Positions 1 to 13,452 of a DNA stretch of 64,000 bases are shown in pieces (position 1 is the stretch's first letter; each line of letters begins with the position of its first letter). Source of the DNA: Lama glama (taxonomy: Eukaryota); contig CM052817.1 of assembly GCA_028534125.1 (NCBI GenBank), positions 78,184,001-78,248,000 on the forward strand, read 5' to 3'. The notes beneath the pieces are model-generated. The model was not told the origin of the DNA. It saw nothing but the letters and a program-made list of their open reading frames with translations, and made no database searches. A program made the position numbers and the translations under genes.

Positions 1-218
1 CATCTTATAATCAATAAATAGATTAGGTAGAGACATGATATGCTTTCACTAGATATGCCTTTGTCTGCATGCTCATAATGGTACATGCTTTCTAATATGT
101 AATTACCTAACAACTGCCCAGCATCATAAAGGGATACCCAGTGTTCCGATTTTTAAAAACAGAAATCTGTCTCTGCTCTTGAAGTGTTTATACAATTTAT
201 CTCCTGTATTTTTTTCAG

Positions 219-366
219 AATGCTTGCTTGAAAAGTATATAAATAAGAATAAATGTCCACTTGTTACTTTTCTAAACCTTTTTTTTTGGAATACCATCTG
301 TCCTTTTGCTAAAACACAAAATCAGAGCATGCTTCTCTTTTCACCCCTGTTGCAGCCCCTTATAAG
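219..366 (+). pseudogene. RasGEF pseudogene exon, REM domain first half
   Basis: ttttttcag|...ATAAG|gtac; open frame ECLLEKYINKNKCPLVTFLNLFFWNTICPFAKTQNQSMLLFSPLLQPLIR resembles REM consensus 'LE.LIE.L...F..TFL..Y..F.....LL..L..RY'. Confidence 0.6.
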
Positions 367-611
367 GTACAAAATTTGCAAACCACTCCCAGGAGTTTAG
401 TCAGAATGCTAGCTCAGGCTGCTTAAATTCCAGTGTCATAGTCAACTGTTCAGTTTAAACGGCAGTTATAGCTAAGCATGTTCATTACACAACTGAATTA
501 CTGTTGTGTTAATGATCTCTGTTTATTCTCCAAGTGTCTTCCACACTGAAAATGGCACAGTGTTGCTCAGGAGACAACTATAAAATATAAGCCTATTTGA
601 AATTAACACAG

Positions 612-789
612 ATATTCAGACAATCCATAGAAATATTTACCCACAAACTAATTGTAGGTTTTGCCTTCTGGATATTTATTTTATGAACTTGGATTAGAGA
701 ATTCCCACAGGCACTATACAATTCAAAAAACAAGAAATTATTTTCTGAAATACTGATGCTTTTGCGTGTGAACACTCATCCATATCCTG
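612..789 (+). pseudogene. RasGEF pseudogene exon, REM domain second half
   Basis: cacag|...CCTG|gtaaag; reads ..WIFIL*TWIREFPQALYNSKNKKLFSEILMLL with TGA at 684-686 (possibly CGA>TGA); resembles REM 'VL..W...Y..DF'. Confidence 0.55.
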
Positions 790-3179
790 GTAAAGGTCGG
801 AGTTGCACAGGTGTTCTCATTTGTCAAAAGTCAGAAAATAACACACGTCAGATTTGTGAATTATATGTAAGTTTTGGTTTTTTGCAAAGAGCTATAAGCA
901 AGTACTGAACAATTGTTAGTGATATGTATGTTAAAGTATTTAGAGGAAAATTATGCTTTGAAATAAATAAAATAGGTGAATTTATTAAAGAACAGAAGTT
1001 AGGATAGAGCAATAAATATATAATAAAGCAAATACAACAAAATATTAATTATAAAATCTAAGTGGTTGGTATACAGATGTTGATATGCAATTACTTCAAC
1101 TTTTTTAAGTGCTTGAACATTTTTATCACAACATATTAGGGGAACTTTTTGTCTCAAGCAAATAGAAACTGTATTATGTTCCAGTACAATGAAATAAAGT
1201 CCTCTTGTAAAACAGTAGATTTTACCTCTGACAATTAAAGTTAATCATGAAAGTTAATCATGTCAGAACACTGTCTTGGAATGTTTGGAAAATGAGTTTA
1301 ATATTTTGTAATTAATACATTTATGTCAAGTTTGAACTGGAATTATACCAAGTGACTTTTACAAGTAATAATTTGACTGTATGCCAATTATTATTCTTAA
1401 TAGGATTATAACTTTAGAACAAAATGAAATAGATAAATAATCTTACACTGCTTTTAGTAAGTATATTTTTCATAATAGGGTTGATATTTCTATTCTAAAA
1501 CTATTGTTTGCCTTTATTATATGATAAGGAAAATGAGTAATTATGTTTGTGACATTGAAAATGAATACTTTTCCAGTGTGACAGAAGAATATATATTTAA
1601 GACCTATGGACTTAATTAAAATCTTATAATCCTGAATTTGTACTGGAAGGTATTAAACTCATGATACGTTTTATCTATTTTAAAAACCCACTTATCTTGT
1701 AGATGTACCCACTGATACATCCTAGAAACATTAAACAAAACAGTAGCAGGAAGTCCCTGGGGATACAGCTTTGGTTCCAAATACCATCACTCCCTAAAAA
1801 GAATCAGAGCTTCTTGGAAATTTGTATGCTTTCTGGTTGTCGGTAAGTAATGTATAGAATCAATCTAGGTCATCTTGTCAGAGGATCCAGGAAGCAGCTT
1901 GAAGAAGTACCTACTCACTGAACATGAAATAATTTAAACATCAATAATGATGATGGCTTCAATGAGCAGAAGGTTACCTGATATGTTCAAATGCATGCGT
2001 TTATAATGATACTAAAACATCTACTCAATAGAATAGACCATAACGTGATCCAGATGTTAAAATTAGCATAAAAAGACTTTAATGCAACTATTATAAATAC
2101 AGTTCAAAGACTTAAAGATAATACTGTCATAATGAGTAAACAGATATGGGATCTCAGCAGCAATTAAAATCTAAAAAAATATATAGAACTTCAAAATATA
2201 ATATCTGAAATAATTCAGATAGACTGGAAAGAAACAAACTACTTCTCAAAGTCAATTTTTAAAAAGTCGATTTTTATGGATACTAAGAGACCAACTCATT
2301 TATTAGCAAACTGGTATATAAAATAGCAACTGATGAAAAAGAAAATAGGAAATAAAGAAAAAAAATCACGTATTTATTCTGACTTTTATTTGAGAATTGT
2401 ATCTCAGGGTAATCAAAAAGATAATGAGGCTAAGTTTCTCTTTAGAAAAGTTTTCTAATTAGTACATGAAAAAAGAAGTAGTATATCTCCATTTGTCTAC
2501 CTCTAATTAAATAGTGACTCTAAGAAAGTTATCATCAATGGTTACTATTACCAGTCTGAATTCAGCCAGGAAAACGGAGCTAGTTTAGTATTATAGAAAT
2601 AAAAGTTTTATTATAGGAATCAGTGCTTACATTAATGTAAATGTGAGCAAGAAAAGTAAAGATCTGGAGGGTTACATCCAGAAAGTCAGAGAAACAATAA
2701 TAAATTACATCAATCTAAAGTATTGATTAAAACTAGGAGGGGAAGGTAGAGCTCATGAAAAAGTCCAAGAAATGGCTGTATCCATCATGATCATGAAGTA
2801 CAGTTCATGACAGATCGGTGATGGTGCTGTGTCTGAATATTATGATTGCTAAGATCATTGTGAATTCATGCCGGGCTGCCAAAATCACTAAGAATGACTT
2901 TTGTTTTACTTTCATCTTCCAAATTATGTGTGAGTTTTTCTCATTGGCAAATCCTATGGGGAATCGTTCAGGGAATAGTGTACTGGAAAATAGAGTTCCA
3001 GCTTTAGAAAAGTGTAGTTATGCTGCCAAGTTGACAAGAGGCAATTCAACACAGCTGCTAATATCACAAAAAGAAAGAGAACTGGAAAACATGTTTGGTT
3101 GGTTGGGAAAAAGACGTTCTTTTCTATGAAATACTCTTGCAAAAAAAACCCCAAAACTGAACAATTCCTTAAATTTTCA

Positions 3180-4590
3180 CTTTATACAATAACACTTAGG
3201 AATAAATGTAACAGAACACATTCTAAAACACTTCATTTAAATTCATGAAACATTTCTGGGGGAAACTAAAGGAGACACAAATAAATGATAATATATACCA
3301 TGTTCATAGATTCGAAGGATTAATATTGTTTGGATTCCAACTCCAATAAAAAATCCAAAATATTTTTAATAAAATGGCAAACTGATGCTAAAATTTATAT
3401 AGAAATGCAAAGAATCTAGTATAGCCAAAGCATTCTTTTTTGAGGGGGGTGGGGCACAGATAGTATTTTATTTTATTTTTTGCCAAAGCATTCTTAAAAC
3501 AGAAAACAAAGTTGGAGGGTTTACATTACCTTATTTCAAGACTTACCATAAAGCTACAATAATTAAGACAATTAGTATTGACATTCAGATAGCCATATAG
3601 AACAGTGTAACAGATGAGAGAACCTAGACATACATCTACCCATCAAGAACTAATTCAACAAAATGGCCATGGCAGTTTAAAGGAGAAAAAAAGTCTTGCA
3701 GGAAATGGTGCTGAAACAACTGAATAAACAGATTTAAAAAGTGAATTGACCTCTACTTTATACCATAACCAAAAAATAATTTGAGGTAATCATAGATCTA
3801 AACACAAAAGCTAAAATTATAAAGTTTCTGGAAGAGGCAAAGATTTTTTACACAACCTTCAGAAAGCAATAGGCGTATAAACAAAAGCTGATAAATTAAT
3901 ATCCATCAAGGTGATGATCTTCTCACCAAAATTACTGCTAAGAAAATGAAAACTAGAGTCATAAACTAAGAGATAATTCTTGTAGCTCACACATATGGCA
4001 GTATATAAATAAAGTTTTGTAGAAATATGCAGTTCTTATATCTGGAACTTGTAAAATCCATCCTATAAATCTATCATGTAAAGACAATGACTCATCAAAA
4101 TATGGGCAAATACTTGAACACACACTTCATCAGAGAAGATATATAGGTGTCTAATGAGTATTTGTAAAGTTTCTTATCCTTATTAGTTATCAAGGATATA
4201 CAATTAAAATGGTAATAATTTGCCACTTCACATTCAGAAGAATGACTGCAGTTATAAAGACTGGCAAAACGAAATATGGTGAGCATGTAGAACAGCTGGA
4301 GCACCAATATAGTTCTTGTCAAATAGTAAAATGACATGCCGCCTTAGAAAAACATTTGGCAATTCCTAAAATTAATCATATAATTTCCCTGTAAGAAATA
4401 AATTAGACTCCTAGGTATTTGCCCAAGAAAAATGAAAACATATATCCATAAAAATAACTTAAACAGAATAGACATAGAGGATATTTTCAGTAATGACTCC
4501 AATTCAAAACTACCCCAATATCATTAATAGAATGGATCAATAAATTGTGTTATGTATGTACAGTAGAATACTGTTTAGCAAAAAAAAAAA
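3180..4590 (+). mobile_element. Old LINE-1 (L1M-type) fragment, 3' part of ORF2 and 3' UTR
   Basis: Degenerate L1 text such as aaacaaagttggagggtttacattacc..ttcaagacttaccataaagctac and ctcctaggtatttgcccaagaaaaatgaaaaca. Confidence 0.85.
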
Positions 4591-5594
4591 CAACAAATTT
4601 TCTTCAAGAGTGTTTTTTGATGTTTCTGTTTAGTTTTGATCCAATGTTTCCAACTTTGCATCATATGTGCCACTTTTGGTAAGCATTCTTGGTTATTTTT
4701 ATTTAATTACAGTTGCACATTTTATAAAAGTTGCCTTTTTCATCATATTTGGACTTTTTTGCTTTCCCAGTTGAGTATGTTCGGTTATTTTTTACGTCCC
4801 TGGGCTGTCTTCATCATTCTTATTAGACTTCCTCTGAAGCATTGTGGATAGTTTTAAGCTTTTTCTCTGTCATTTTACTTTTTAATTTCACTTTTCTCTT
4901 CCAACTAATGTCCACATTTTCTATAAGTTCTCATTTCTAAAACTGCATGATCACAAGTGAATTCTTTTAAATTCCTTCTTGCACTAGTAGAATGTTGACA
5001 TTCGTTGTCACATTGATCAGCATTTCCTACTCACCCACAATTACGTCCTGCATCACTTCATCATCCCAATCTAGTGTAAGACAGACTGCTTCCCTTTCTT
5101 CCACATTCAGAAATGCTTGCTTTAAAAAAAATTATCATTGTACCCCAGATCTCTCCTTTAATAATTACTTTTTGGATTATTAAATTCCATCATGATCATT
5201 ATATAACATATTTTTCATTTTCCCAAAAACTGTGGTCAATTTAAACTCACTGGCCTTATCACATGCTTCCTAGTATATTACTTTTACAACATTTGTAGAC
5301 TTTAAACAAGGAATATTTCCAGATCAAGTTTATAATATGTGATTCTTGTGCTTGGCATATTGTGTTCTTATGGCACTTTTGATACTTCTTCTCACAGGCA
5401 ATAATTTTTCCCACTTACATTAATGGTAGCATACTTAGAAGTCATAACAGATTTATGAGATGTTAAAAGTAGAGGTATACATTTACATTTACAACTTGCT
5501 AATTATAATCCTGTTTTATTTTTTAAGTGAAAGAACTCAATGCTGAGATCAGCTGCATCCACTTTTCTACTCTAATATAAGACCTTTTCCCACT

Positions 5595-6190
5595 GAGATG
5601 TGTATTCATTGTGATTTTCAAGTGCACAATTCAGTGATATTTAGTTAATTCACAGAGTTTTGCAGCTATCATCACTGTTTTCAGAAGATGCTCATCGTCC
5701 CAAAAAAGGTCTGTAACTTATGAACAGTCACTCCCTATTCGCCACCTCTCCAGCCCCTGGCAGCCACTAATCCAGCTTCTGTCTCTGTTAAATTACCTGA
5801 TCTGGATATTTCCTCTAAGAGGAATAATGTAACATGTGTCCTTTTGTAACTGGCTTTTTTCACTTAATGTGTTTTTGAGGTTCTTTGATATAGTAGCATG
5901 TAACAATACTTACTCCCTCTTTATGGCTGAATAATATTCTGTTCTATAGTTATATCACATTTTGTTTATCTGGTCTTCAGTTGATGGACATTTCAGTTTC
6001 CACTTTTTAGCTATTATGATTATGAGCATTCATGTACAAGTTTTTGTGTGGATGTATTTTTAATTCTCTTGAGAGAATATGCCTAGGATGGAATCACTGT
6101 GTTATATAGTTTCACTATGCTTCACCTTTTGAGGAAATGCTAAACTGTTTTTCAGAGTGGTTGCACTATGTTATAATCCCACCAAATGGC
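5595..6190 (-). mobile_element. LINE-1 (L1MB-like) 3' fragment
   Basis: aagtgcacaattcagtgatatttag...ctttttatggctgaataatattc...tgctaaactgtttttcagagtggttgcac. Confidence 0.85.
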
Positions 6191-7560
6191 TCCATGTTTA
6201 AGGTCCTCTGGTTCTCTGAATCACTTGTCAGTACAACCTTTGGTGAAAGTGAATTGTACAACTGGAGGATCATTCACTCCTCCACCCCACATGCTATAAG
6301 CACAGCCACTCCATCACAGCCTTTGTAAATATGGACCTGGCACTCTTTCATTTTCTCCAACCTCTCCCACAATTTTCAGTTGTAAACTTTTCCTGCCTCT
6401 ATTTTAATCTTCAGTGTTATAACCTTTGTGCAACATTGATCTTCTCGGAGACTTTCCTATAGAGGCTCTGCTGGTCCTGAAATTCCTAGGTTACACCAAA
6501 GATGAAACATTCCTTCATGAATCATTGTGAGCATTAAACACTGAAGCTCTGGCCCCCTGCCCTGTCCCACATGGCCTGTGTATTGCCAGCCACAAATATA
6601 GACATTAAAATGACTTATGGACTTTGCCTCAAATTCAAAGTGAAAAACAAAAGGGAAATGATTAAATAGACGGCAGAAATGATCAATCTCTTTTACTTAA
6701 ATTTTGTTTATGCTCTTTACGTAATTAATTACTTACAGTAACAGTAAGAAGAGAATTTCCTTACATTCAGAAGATGTCTCTACTCCAATGTTTTAGAAGA
6801 CTAATAAGTGGAAGACTTTTCAAAATCTCTCTGTTTTGTTTTTCTTAAACTGAAGTTCATGACCTTATATGATACACAGAAGACAAAAGTATTAATCTTT
6901 TGGCCAACTTTCTCACGCACACAACTCCCTAGAATTTTTCTGATTTTCAGTGACTTGAATAGTAGAGTCCTACCATTTCCAGTTTGTAATAATTTTAGTT
7001 TGATGCTTCTACAGATTTTTTTTGTGTGTCTTTCATTCAGTTGGACTAGATTTTAATATGATGAATTTCATTTTGTTTTTTAATTTTTTTGTACACAAAA
7101 TTATGTATTTTCACAGTTTTATTCCTCCCTTTTAGCTAATCTATAGTCATGATGTTATTTTTTTTCTTTCTTGATATATCTTAAGATTTCCTCAGATGTT
7201 AGTTTTAAGATCTGAGAGTCAAAGAACATAAAGGGAAGAAACTAAATACTGCTGTATCCCAGCAGCATGGAAAAAATAACTGAGTGGTTCCCTAGGGAAG
7301 GCTTTAACTAGGACGGTAGTAGACCGTGGCATGCACACGAGGCCAGAGTGGTCCAGACCTGCCTCACTGAGCTACCATCGTGCTTACAAGTGAGTTTCAA
7401 GTTCAGAAAGCTGTTTTTCTGGAGGCACTTTGGGGGATTAGATAAGAGAGGAAATTTTCAACTGTGTCTTTGTCAAACATCCAAGGTGATCAAGAAAGAA
7501 AATTATCTGTAATTATCCCAGTTGCACACAAGTATCCAAATTGTAGGCTGGCTTTTAGTT

Positions 7561-7712
7561 TCACTTTATTTGTCCCCCTGCGCAGACTATGGTGCTGCCC
7601 AGGCATTTATAGATTTTGAGGGGAAACTGGTATTTTAAAAATTGAAATCGAAATATTAACCTTTAGGGACCTGTCACCTCTTTGCTGCATTTAGGGTTTA
7701 CATTAAAATCCC
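7561..7712 (-). pseudogene. ZPAX-like pseudogene exon, ZP-C second half
   Basis: ctcactgcag|, phase 1 in frame with the previous exon; EVTGP*RLIFRFQFLKYQFPLKIYKCLGSTIVC, compare 'V..PSH.KRF....F.F...IY.HC...IC'. Confidence 0.6.
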
Positions 7713-8550
7713 CTGCAGTGAGACTATATTAGATTCCACAAATCTCATAGGCCTAATTTCTGTTTCCCAAGTTTCCACTGAGTTGTTTCACTGCCAAAAT
7801 TGAGGTAATAGAAAACAAAAATAAAAGCAAAACAAAAGTCAAAATTACCTAGTTAGGAAATACTTGGGAAGAGCAAAGAACATTAAATTAGTTCATCAAT
7901 CTTTAAAAAGGATGATGGGTTTTATGAGACTAGAGAATAATTTTAGGAAACTAGTTTCTAAAATAAATGAACATAATTTAATAATTCTAATTTGTTTATT
8001 TTGATAACATAGTTTGAGATTAAATGTTTATGTTTTATTCCTGATACATTATGATGAATATATTTAACAACTAAAAAAATTAAATTTAATTATTTAATTT
8101 ATAAGGGTAGGAATATAAAAACCCAAGCATATATTCTGGGAAAGTTCTATGATTAATTTAGCAAAAAATTAGAATAAAAGATGTTATTTAATTATCATCT
8201 TTTATTAAAGTGCATATATTTCAGATGCAAATGATGATATCCATTATTTATCCATTATAATTACTATGTGGTTCTCTTCACAGTCATTTATATATTTCAG
8301 TTCATTTTGAAGTGATTGTTATAAAGTGAAAAGCAGGAATTGTGAGTAGTATAGCATGAATATGTTTATGTCCAGAGATGTTGTGAATCTAAGACTGTTG
8401 GATATTTAGTGAATTTCCATATCCCTTCATTATAAAATACATAAGCCTATTCAATCTGAATTTAGTGATTAACTTTAAATCAAGTTACTCTACGTCAAAT
8501 ATCATTCACTCTATCATCTTTTTTTTTTTTTAATGACGATGAGGTATAAA

Positions 8551-8662
8551 TACAGTCAGCCCTCCATATCCAAGGATGCTGAGCTTGCAGATATGGGGGG
8601 CCGACTGTCAGGGACTTGTGGGAGTCCTGGAACCAGTCCCCTTGCAGATACTGAGGGGGGAC
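8551..8662. mobile_element. Tigger-family MITE (MER2-like)
   Basis: TIR-like ends tacagtcagccctccatatc ... gatactgagggggact. Confidence 0.6.
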
Positions 8663-9021
8663 TCTCCTGACAGTCAGGTGCTCCTGGGAATGAGTCTGTC
8701 CAAAGGTGATGAGAGTCTTCCCAACAAGTTTGTCAAGAGAAACACTATTTCAATATTCAGTATAATCAGTTAGTATTCTTAAATTTTTTAAATTAAAAAA
8801 CGTGGAAGCATCTATACCTGCCAGATTCCATGAAAGCATCAGTTCTGTTTATGTCCAATACCATACTGGAAAGCAGATTCTAAGTATTTCTAAATAACAG
8901 TCACAATGATACTACATTCAAAAGGATGTGTGAAGTGTGTCCTTCAGAACAACCACATTGCTAAAAAAAAAAATCCCTAGTTTTGCATTCTGTCTATGTA
9001 TCATAGATGAGTGTTACTCAC

Positions 9022-9288
9022 AAAGGATTTGAACTCCCTAAGCATATGTGTCCACTTCCACCATTAAAGTGAATTCAGGTGCTTGGCATGACTGTCTCCA
9101 GACAGGCTTTCTTTTAATAATTGATGGCTGTGGTCTTACTGCCCCATCAAACTATATCTGGATACGCTCATATTGTTTTTACAAGAGTTTCATACAACTC
9201 CGTCCGTGGTCTGCAGAACACGTGGAAAGTATCTCATAGTTTCTTTTATTAATATAAACTATTTTCACTTTCTTCAATGACAAATTGC
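9022..9288 (-). pseudogene. ZPAX-like pseudogene exon, ZP-C first half
   Basis: ctaatttcag|...CTTT|gtgagt; 267 nt, phase 1-1; GNLSLKKVKI..NYE..DH..MKLL*KQYERIQI..PQ..W..PEFTLMVE, compare 'G.L.L..R...D.SY...DYP..K.L.QPLY.EV..DP..CW..P.W..IVD'. Confidence 0.65.
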
Positions 9289-9708
9289 CTGAAATTAGGT
9301 TTTTTACACCTATTATGACTGAACATGATGAGAAATTCATCTGTAGACCACAGCTGTGTGTTGCAAGCATTATAAACCTTTGTGGCAGGGAAGCTGATGG
9401 TTACATTGCAAGGACCAAGCAGAAAGAGTCATTTATTTTGGTGGGTGACAGAAATGCTAGTTTTCAAATTTTTCAAAAAATGTAAAAGATTATTTGTTGA
9501 GATTCAAAACAGCATTTTAAACCCTGGCCAAAAGTATATGGTTTGAATGTGCATATTATGAGAAGCTGTTTGAAAACTTCTGCCGAGCCACTAAATTCAA
9601 ACAGAAAACAGTTCTACTCTTTTATTATGATTTCAGCATCCCTAGAATGCCAGAAACAAGGCAGGCATTGCCAGTGGCAGAAACAATCCCAGTGAATGCA
9701 CCACTTAC

Positions 9709-9916
9709 ATGAAACAGAGAAAACAGATCTTTGTGAAGCATGGGAATGTGATCCACGCATGCATGGATCCCACGTTTCCTACGTGTGTTTGACACACACG
9801 TTTATAATTATTCTCACCTGGCATAGTTAATACTGTCTGGTGATTTGCCATAGATGACAACTGCCTGCCTTCAAAATCTATCAGAGGAACATAATGATCT
9901 GACTTTTGAAAAGTTG
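9709..9916 (-). pseudogene. ZPAX-like pseudogene exon, end of ZP-N and linker
   Basis: ttttgttccttgtcag|...AT|gtaagt; open frame TFQKSDHYVPLIDF...PGENNYKRVC, compare 'TF....YENEI.....P.DP.YR..I.C'. Confidence 0.55.
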
Positions 9917-11827
9917 CTGACAAGGAACAAAAGCATATTAAAAAATCAAATTCAATATTGACATCAAATAAGAGCTTTATGGTAACAATCAGAAAACTTT
10001 AGGAAATCACAAATAAATTCCATAAAATTGAAAGAGACTTAAATGTCTATTTTTCTTGGACCATTAATACATGCACTAGAAGAATTTGCTTTGAATGCTC
10101 TTCACAAGAAGAAAGAACATGACTGGTTGCTGTTAATAAATTTTATCATAAAATACAAGGTAGAGTCAATGTCTAAATTTCATGAATTATGGGCACCATC
10201 TTTTCACATATCAAGAATACCATGAGTATTCTCAATGTCTAAAGTATGATAAAATAGAAATAGACTAACACTCCATGAAATAATCACAACAAAGCAGCAA
10301 TGTTGTGTTTACCGAGTAAACATTAGAGCAAGATTTTATTCTTTAATTTTAGGCATAGGCATGTGCCACTGTCAGTTGAGATTTTATTCCTACAGAGAAA
10401 TACAAGATTTGGACTAAAATTTTTGGTGGAAATTTTAGCATATATTACCTTAGTCATAGTCAATGCTAGCTGTCATCAAGACAGAACATGTGACAATAAA
10501 TAAATTATTATTTAACTTTGTCAACATAAATATACAAAGAATAATAATTCGTAATTTTCATGTTTGTCCTATTTTATTTGAGCATTAAACACTGTTTAAT
10601 ATTAAACATTGTAATACTCATTTTCTTTAATTTTATTTAAAACCTTAAAAATCCTAACTATTAAGTTGGTTCACAGAATTTCTTAATGCAATTGTACTTT
10701 GTTAACAATCTCATGACTTGAAAGTCTTCTTTTTAGAACTGAGCAATTCAAAACACTTAAAATCCAACTCAATTCTATGTATTACAAAACAGGCAAAATA
10801 ATTATTGAATGGTTGAACCTGTAATAAACCTAATAATGAATTAGTGAAATGTAAGTGGTTTTTTTTTCACTAGTCATTGCGAAAGCAGCATTTTCAAAGA
10901 AAATTGTAAGTTTAAAAGTTAGTTTAATAGTTTATGGCAAAATGTAAGAACAACAGGAGCTTGAAACGTTTAAGTTAAAAAGATAATTTTGTCAAGATAA
11001 TTTTTTTAGACCAGAATATGAAATTGCTTTTTACATTGTAAATTTCTCAGAAATAGATCAAAGAAATAGAAATAAATTTTCAAGAATGTCAGATGGGCTT
11101 CATAATTATTTTTTTAGAATAAGATAAACAAATCAACAAAATACTACATTGTTTAAAGAAGGTTACACAGGTTTTCTTTAGAATATAAATAACAAGCAGG
11201 AAAAAAAAAACATATCCTACATATGTTCCAAATAGTAATACCACATGCTCAAAAAATATTCCTTGAATAACAAACCAGCACAGTACCAAGTGTTAAATAT
11301 AAGAATCTAAGATAAAAAACTGTATTTCAGTTAATCACCTTAAAAAATTTTAGAGGACAATCTGCTTTGTTGTGGTGGTCCTTTATAAGTGGTATGCATA
11401 ATTAGACATAAATGATGAAAGTAAAACATTCTAGGCTAGAAAAACTTTAATTAAGATAAAAATTCTTCCTTCTTAAAGAGACATATATCAAATTCTTAGA
11501 ATATTTAAAAATCAAACTAAGAGAAAAGTCTTAAGAAAAGTTATTAATGTTATATCATAATTCATATTATTTTTTCAATTGACTATAACATTTGTTTATA
11601 TAACATTTATTAAAATACATGAAAATGTTGTATACACAAATGAAATTCATTTGGGATCGACAATTCTTTAATAGAAAATTTATGAAGTTGGGCTTTAGTT
11701 GATAATTTTCAATTCAAAATGATCTCATTAAATTAAAAAATGTAACACTGCAAGCACTGTGATGTCGCAGTCTGAACTGATGGGGGTGTGTTCTCCTGCC
11801 CATTGCTGAGCCTGCAAGTGTGCTCAC

Positions 11828-12099
11828 TCATGGGTGGCATAGCTGTCTGCAAGCCCTACTGTTTTTTCTCAAAACTTGTAGTGGCAGGTGTGTCTTGTCA
11901 CTCTCTGGTGTACGTTACAGGCCTGCCTTGTTTATCATTCCAAGATGAGCTCTGATGTGAGTGACCCTGACAGTGCAGAATATAATCAAATGCCCTTTGA
12001 ACCGAGGAAGTGGAATTTATTGCTGTTAACACATTTTACAGTTTATAGGGTCATCAGCCCCTTAGCTTCTGAGAGTTTTTTTCAAGCTTGACTTTGAAT
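11828..12099 (-). pseudogene. ZPAX-like pseudogene exon, ZP-N of the ZP module
   Basis: tatctgtag|...|gtgagc; TVKCVNSNK..SELILE**TRQAC..HTCHYKF..LADSYATH, compare 'T.C.PNG..S.L.L.D.SC....FA.F.F.ADSCGT.R'. Confidence 0.65.
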
Positions 12100-12913
12100 C
12101 TACAGATACAACTGATTTATATCACAGACTTGACATGAAATGTGATACTTAGTGTTTCCTTTTATAAACTCCTTACTCATATATGAACTATAATAATTTT
12201 TAAAGAGTCAATAAGATAATGTTTTTCCTTCACCTGCCTCAGCAAGGAGTAATAGTATATTTCTTCAACAGTGAATTTTCTGTACTGGAGAAAAAGATGT
12301 TTAACATTAATTTAGTCAACTTTTAAATAACTGCATTACAATTTCAAATGCATCCTCTAAGCCCCAATCAATATGTATTAAGCTTATTTCTGAAAAGTAA
12401 ATTAGTAAATAAATTAAATAAATAGAACATATTATTTCAAAATACTATACAAATGTCACCTGTCCACTAGTTTTACTAGCTACACTCATAAACATTTTTT
12501 TTTCTGAATAAGAAGAAACTTAAATTTAAAGCAATTGCTGTTTGCTAAGGGTGTGTGTATTTTAATTTAAGATCTGGGATTTAAATTAATAATTGGTTAG
12601 AAGATAAAGATTTTAAGGAAAAAGAAAGTATTCTTAAATTCTAACAAGAAAAAGAATGGAAATAAGTCATATTGATTCAATAACTTTACACAGTTGAAAT
12701 CAATTAGAATTAAATTAAATGAGATACATTTCTTAATCATAACCAAAGACTCATTTACTCAGACACAAGTCAGTTTACCTTAAACTCGAGTTTTAATTTT
12801 GGTTCAAGTACAGTGAGAATCTGTTCACTGAAATGACTACTTAACAGTAAAAAGCCATTTAAAGAGTTTTGTGAATTTATACCATTGAATTATTGTATTA
12901 CTTTATAATACAG

Positions 12914-13034
12914 ACGAACATCAAAGATGCAAAAAGATGATGAAGTATATGTATTTGACAAACTTCTTGGTTATATGCAGCAGAAATCAACTCTGGCTAA
13001 CTATACTCAAACAGAATTCTTGGAAAGATTTCAG
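12914..13034 (+). pseudogene. RasGEF pseudogene exon, CDC25 domain
   Basis: tacag|...TTTCAG|gtaact; open frame RTSKMQKDDEVYVFDKLLGYMQQKSTLANYTQTEFLERFQ, compare CDC25 'ELLG..W.K....N...FIERFN'; ends in phase 0. Confidence 0.7.
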
Positions 13035-13351
13035 GTAACTTATAAATCTGGAGACATGTTGGCATATAAGATTAAGAGAACAGGAAGGGACAAAGCAGGG
13101 GCCAGGTCACCAAGAATACAAGCACAGTCGAATGCTGCCCTGGTGCAGCCACCACTATATCCTGCCCACAGAGCCCCTCAACTCAACCCCACTGCATCCG
13201 CTCCTCTGACACACCAGCATAGCAGTGTCTGCCGTAGCAGTATCCAGCCCTGCTTCTTGGCATCGCTTGGCTCAGCCTCAGCGTCACAGAGAGAAGTTAC
13301 CTCAAATGACTTTGAGGAGACCAATCTCATATTGCCAAGCAAAGACCCAGT

Positions 13352-13450
13352 GGGTTATGGGTTGAACTGTGTCCTCTTTCTTGAAAAATTTATATGTTGA
13401 AGTCCTAAACCTAATAGTAGCTCAGAATGTGACCTTATTATATTTGGAAA
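13352..13450 (+). mobile_element. MLT1 (MaLR LTR) 5' fragment
   Basis: gttatgggttgaactgtgtcc..aaaatttatatgttgaagtcctaa..cagaatgtgacctta. Confidence 0.75.
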
Positions 13451-13452
13451 AT

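Noticed and set aside
8225..8341. Possible + strand exon ending at a gtgagt donor
   Set aside because: Acceptor ambiguous and no recognisable motif in any frame
12927..13400. 157-aa ORF as a single-exon gene
   Set aside because: Only the first 36 codons look coding, ending at the CAG|gtaact donor; the rest reads through intron and repeat sequence
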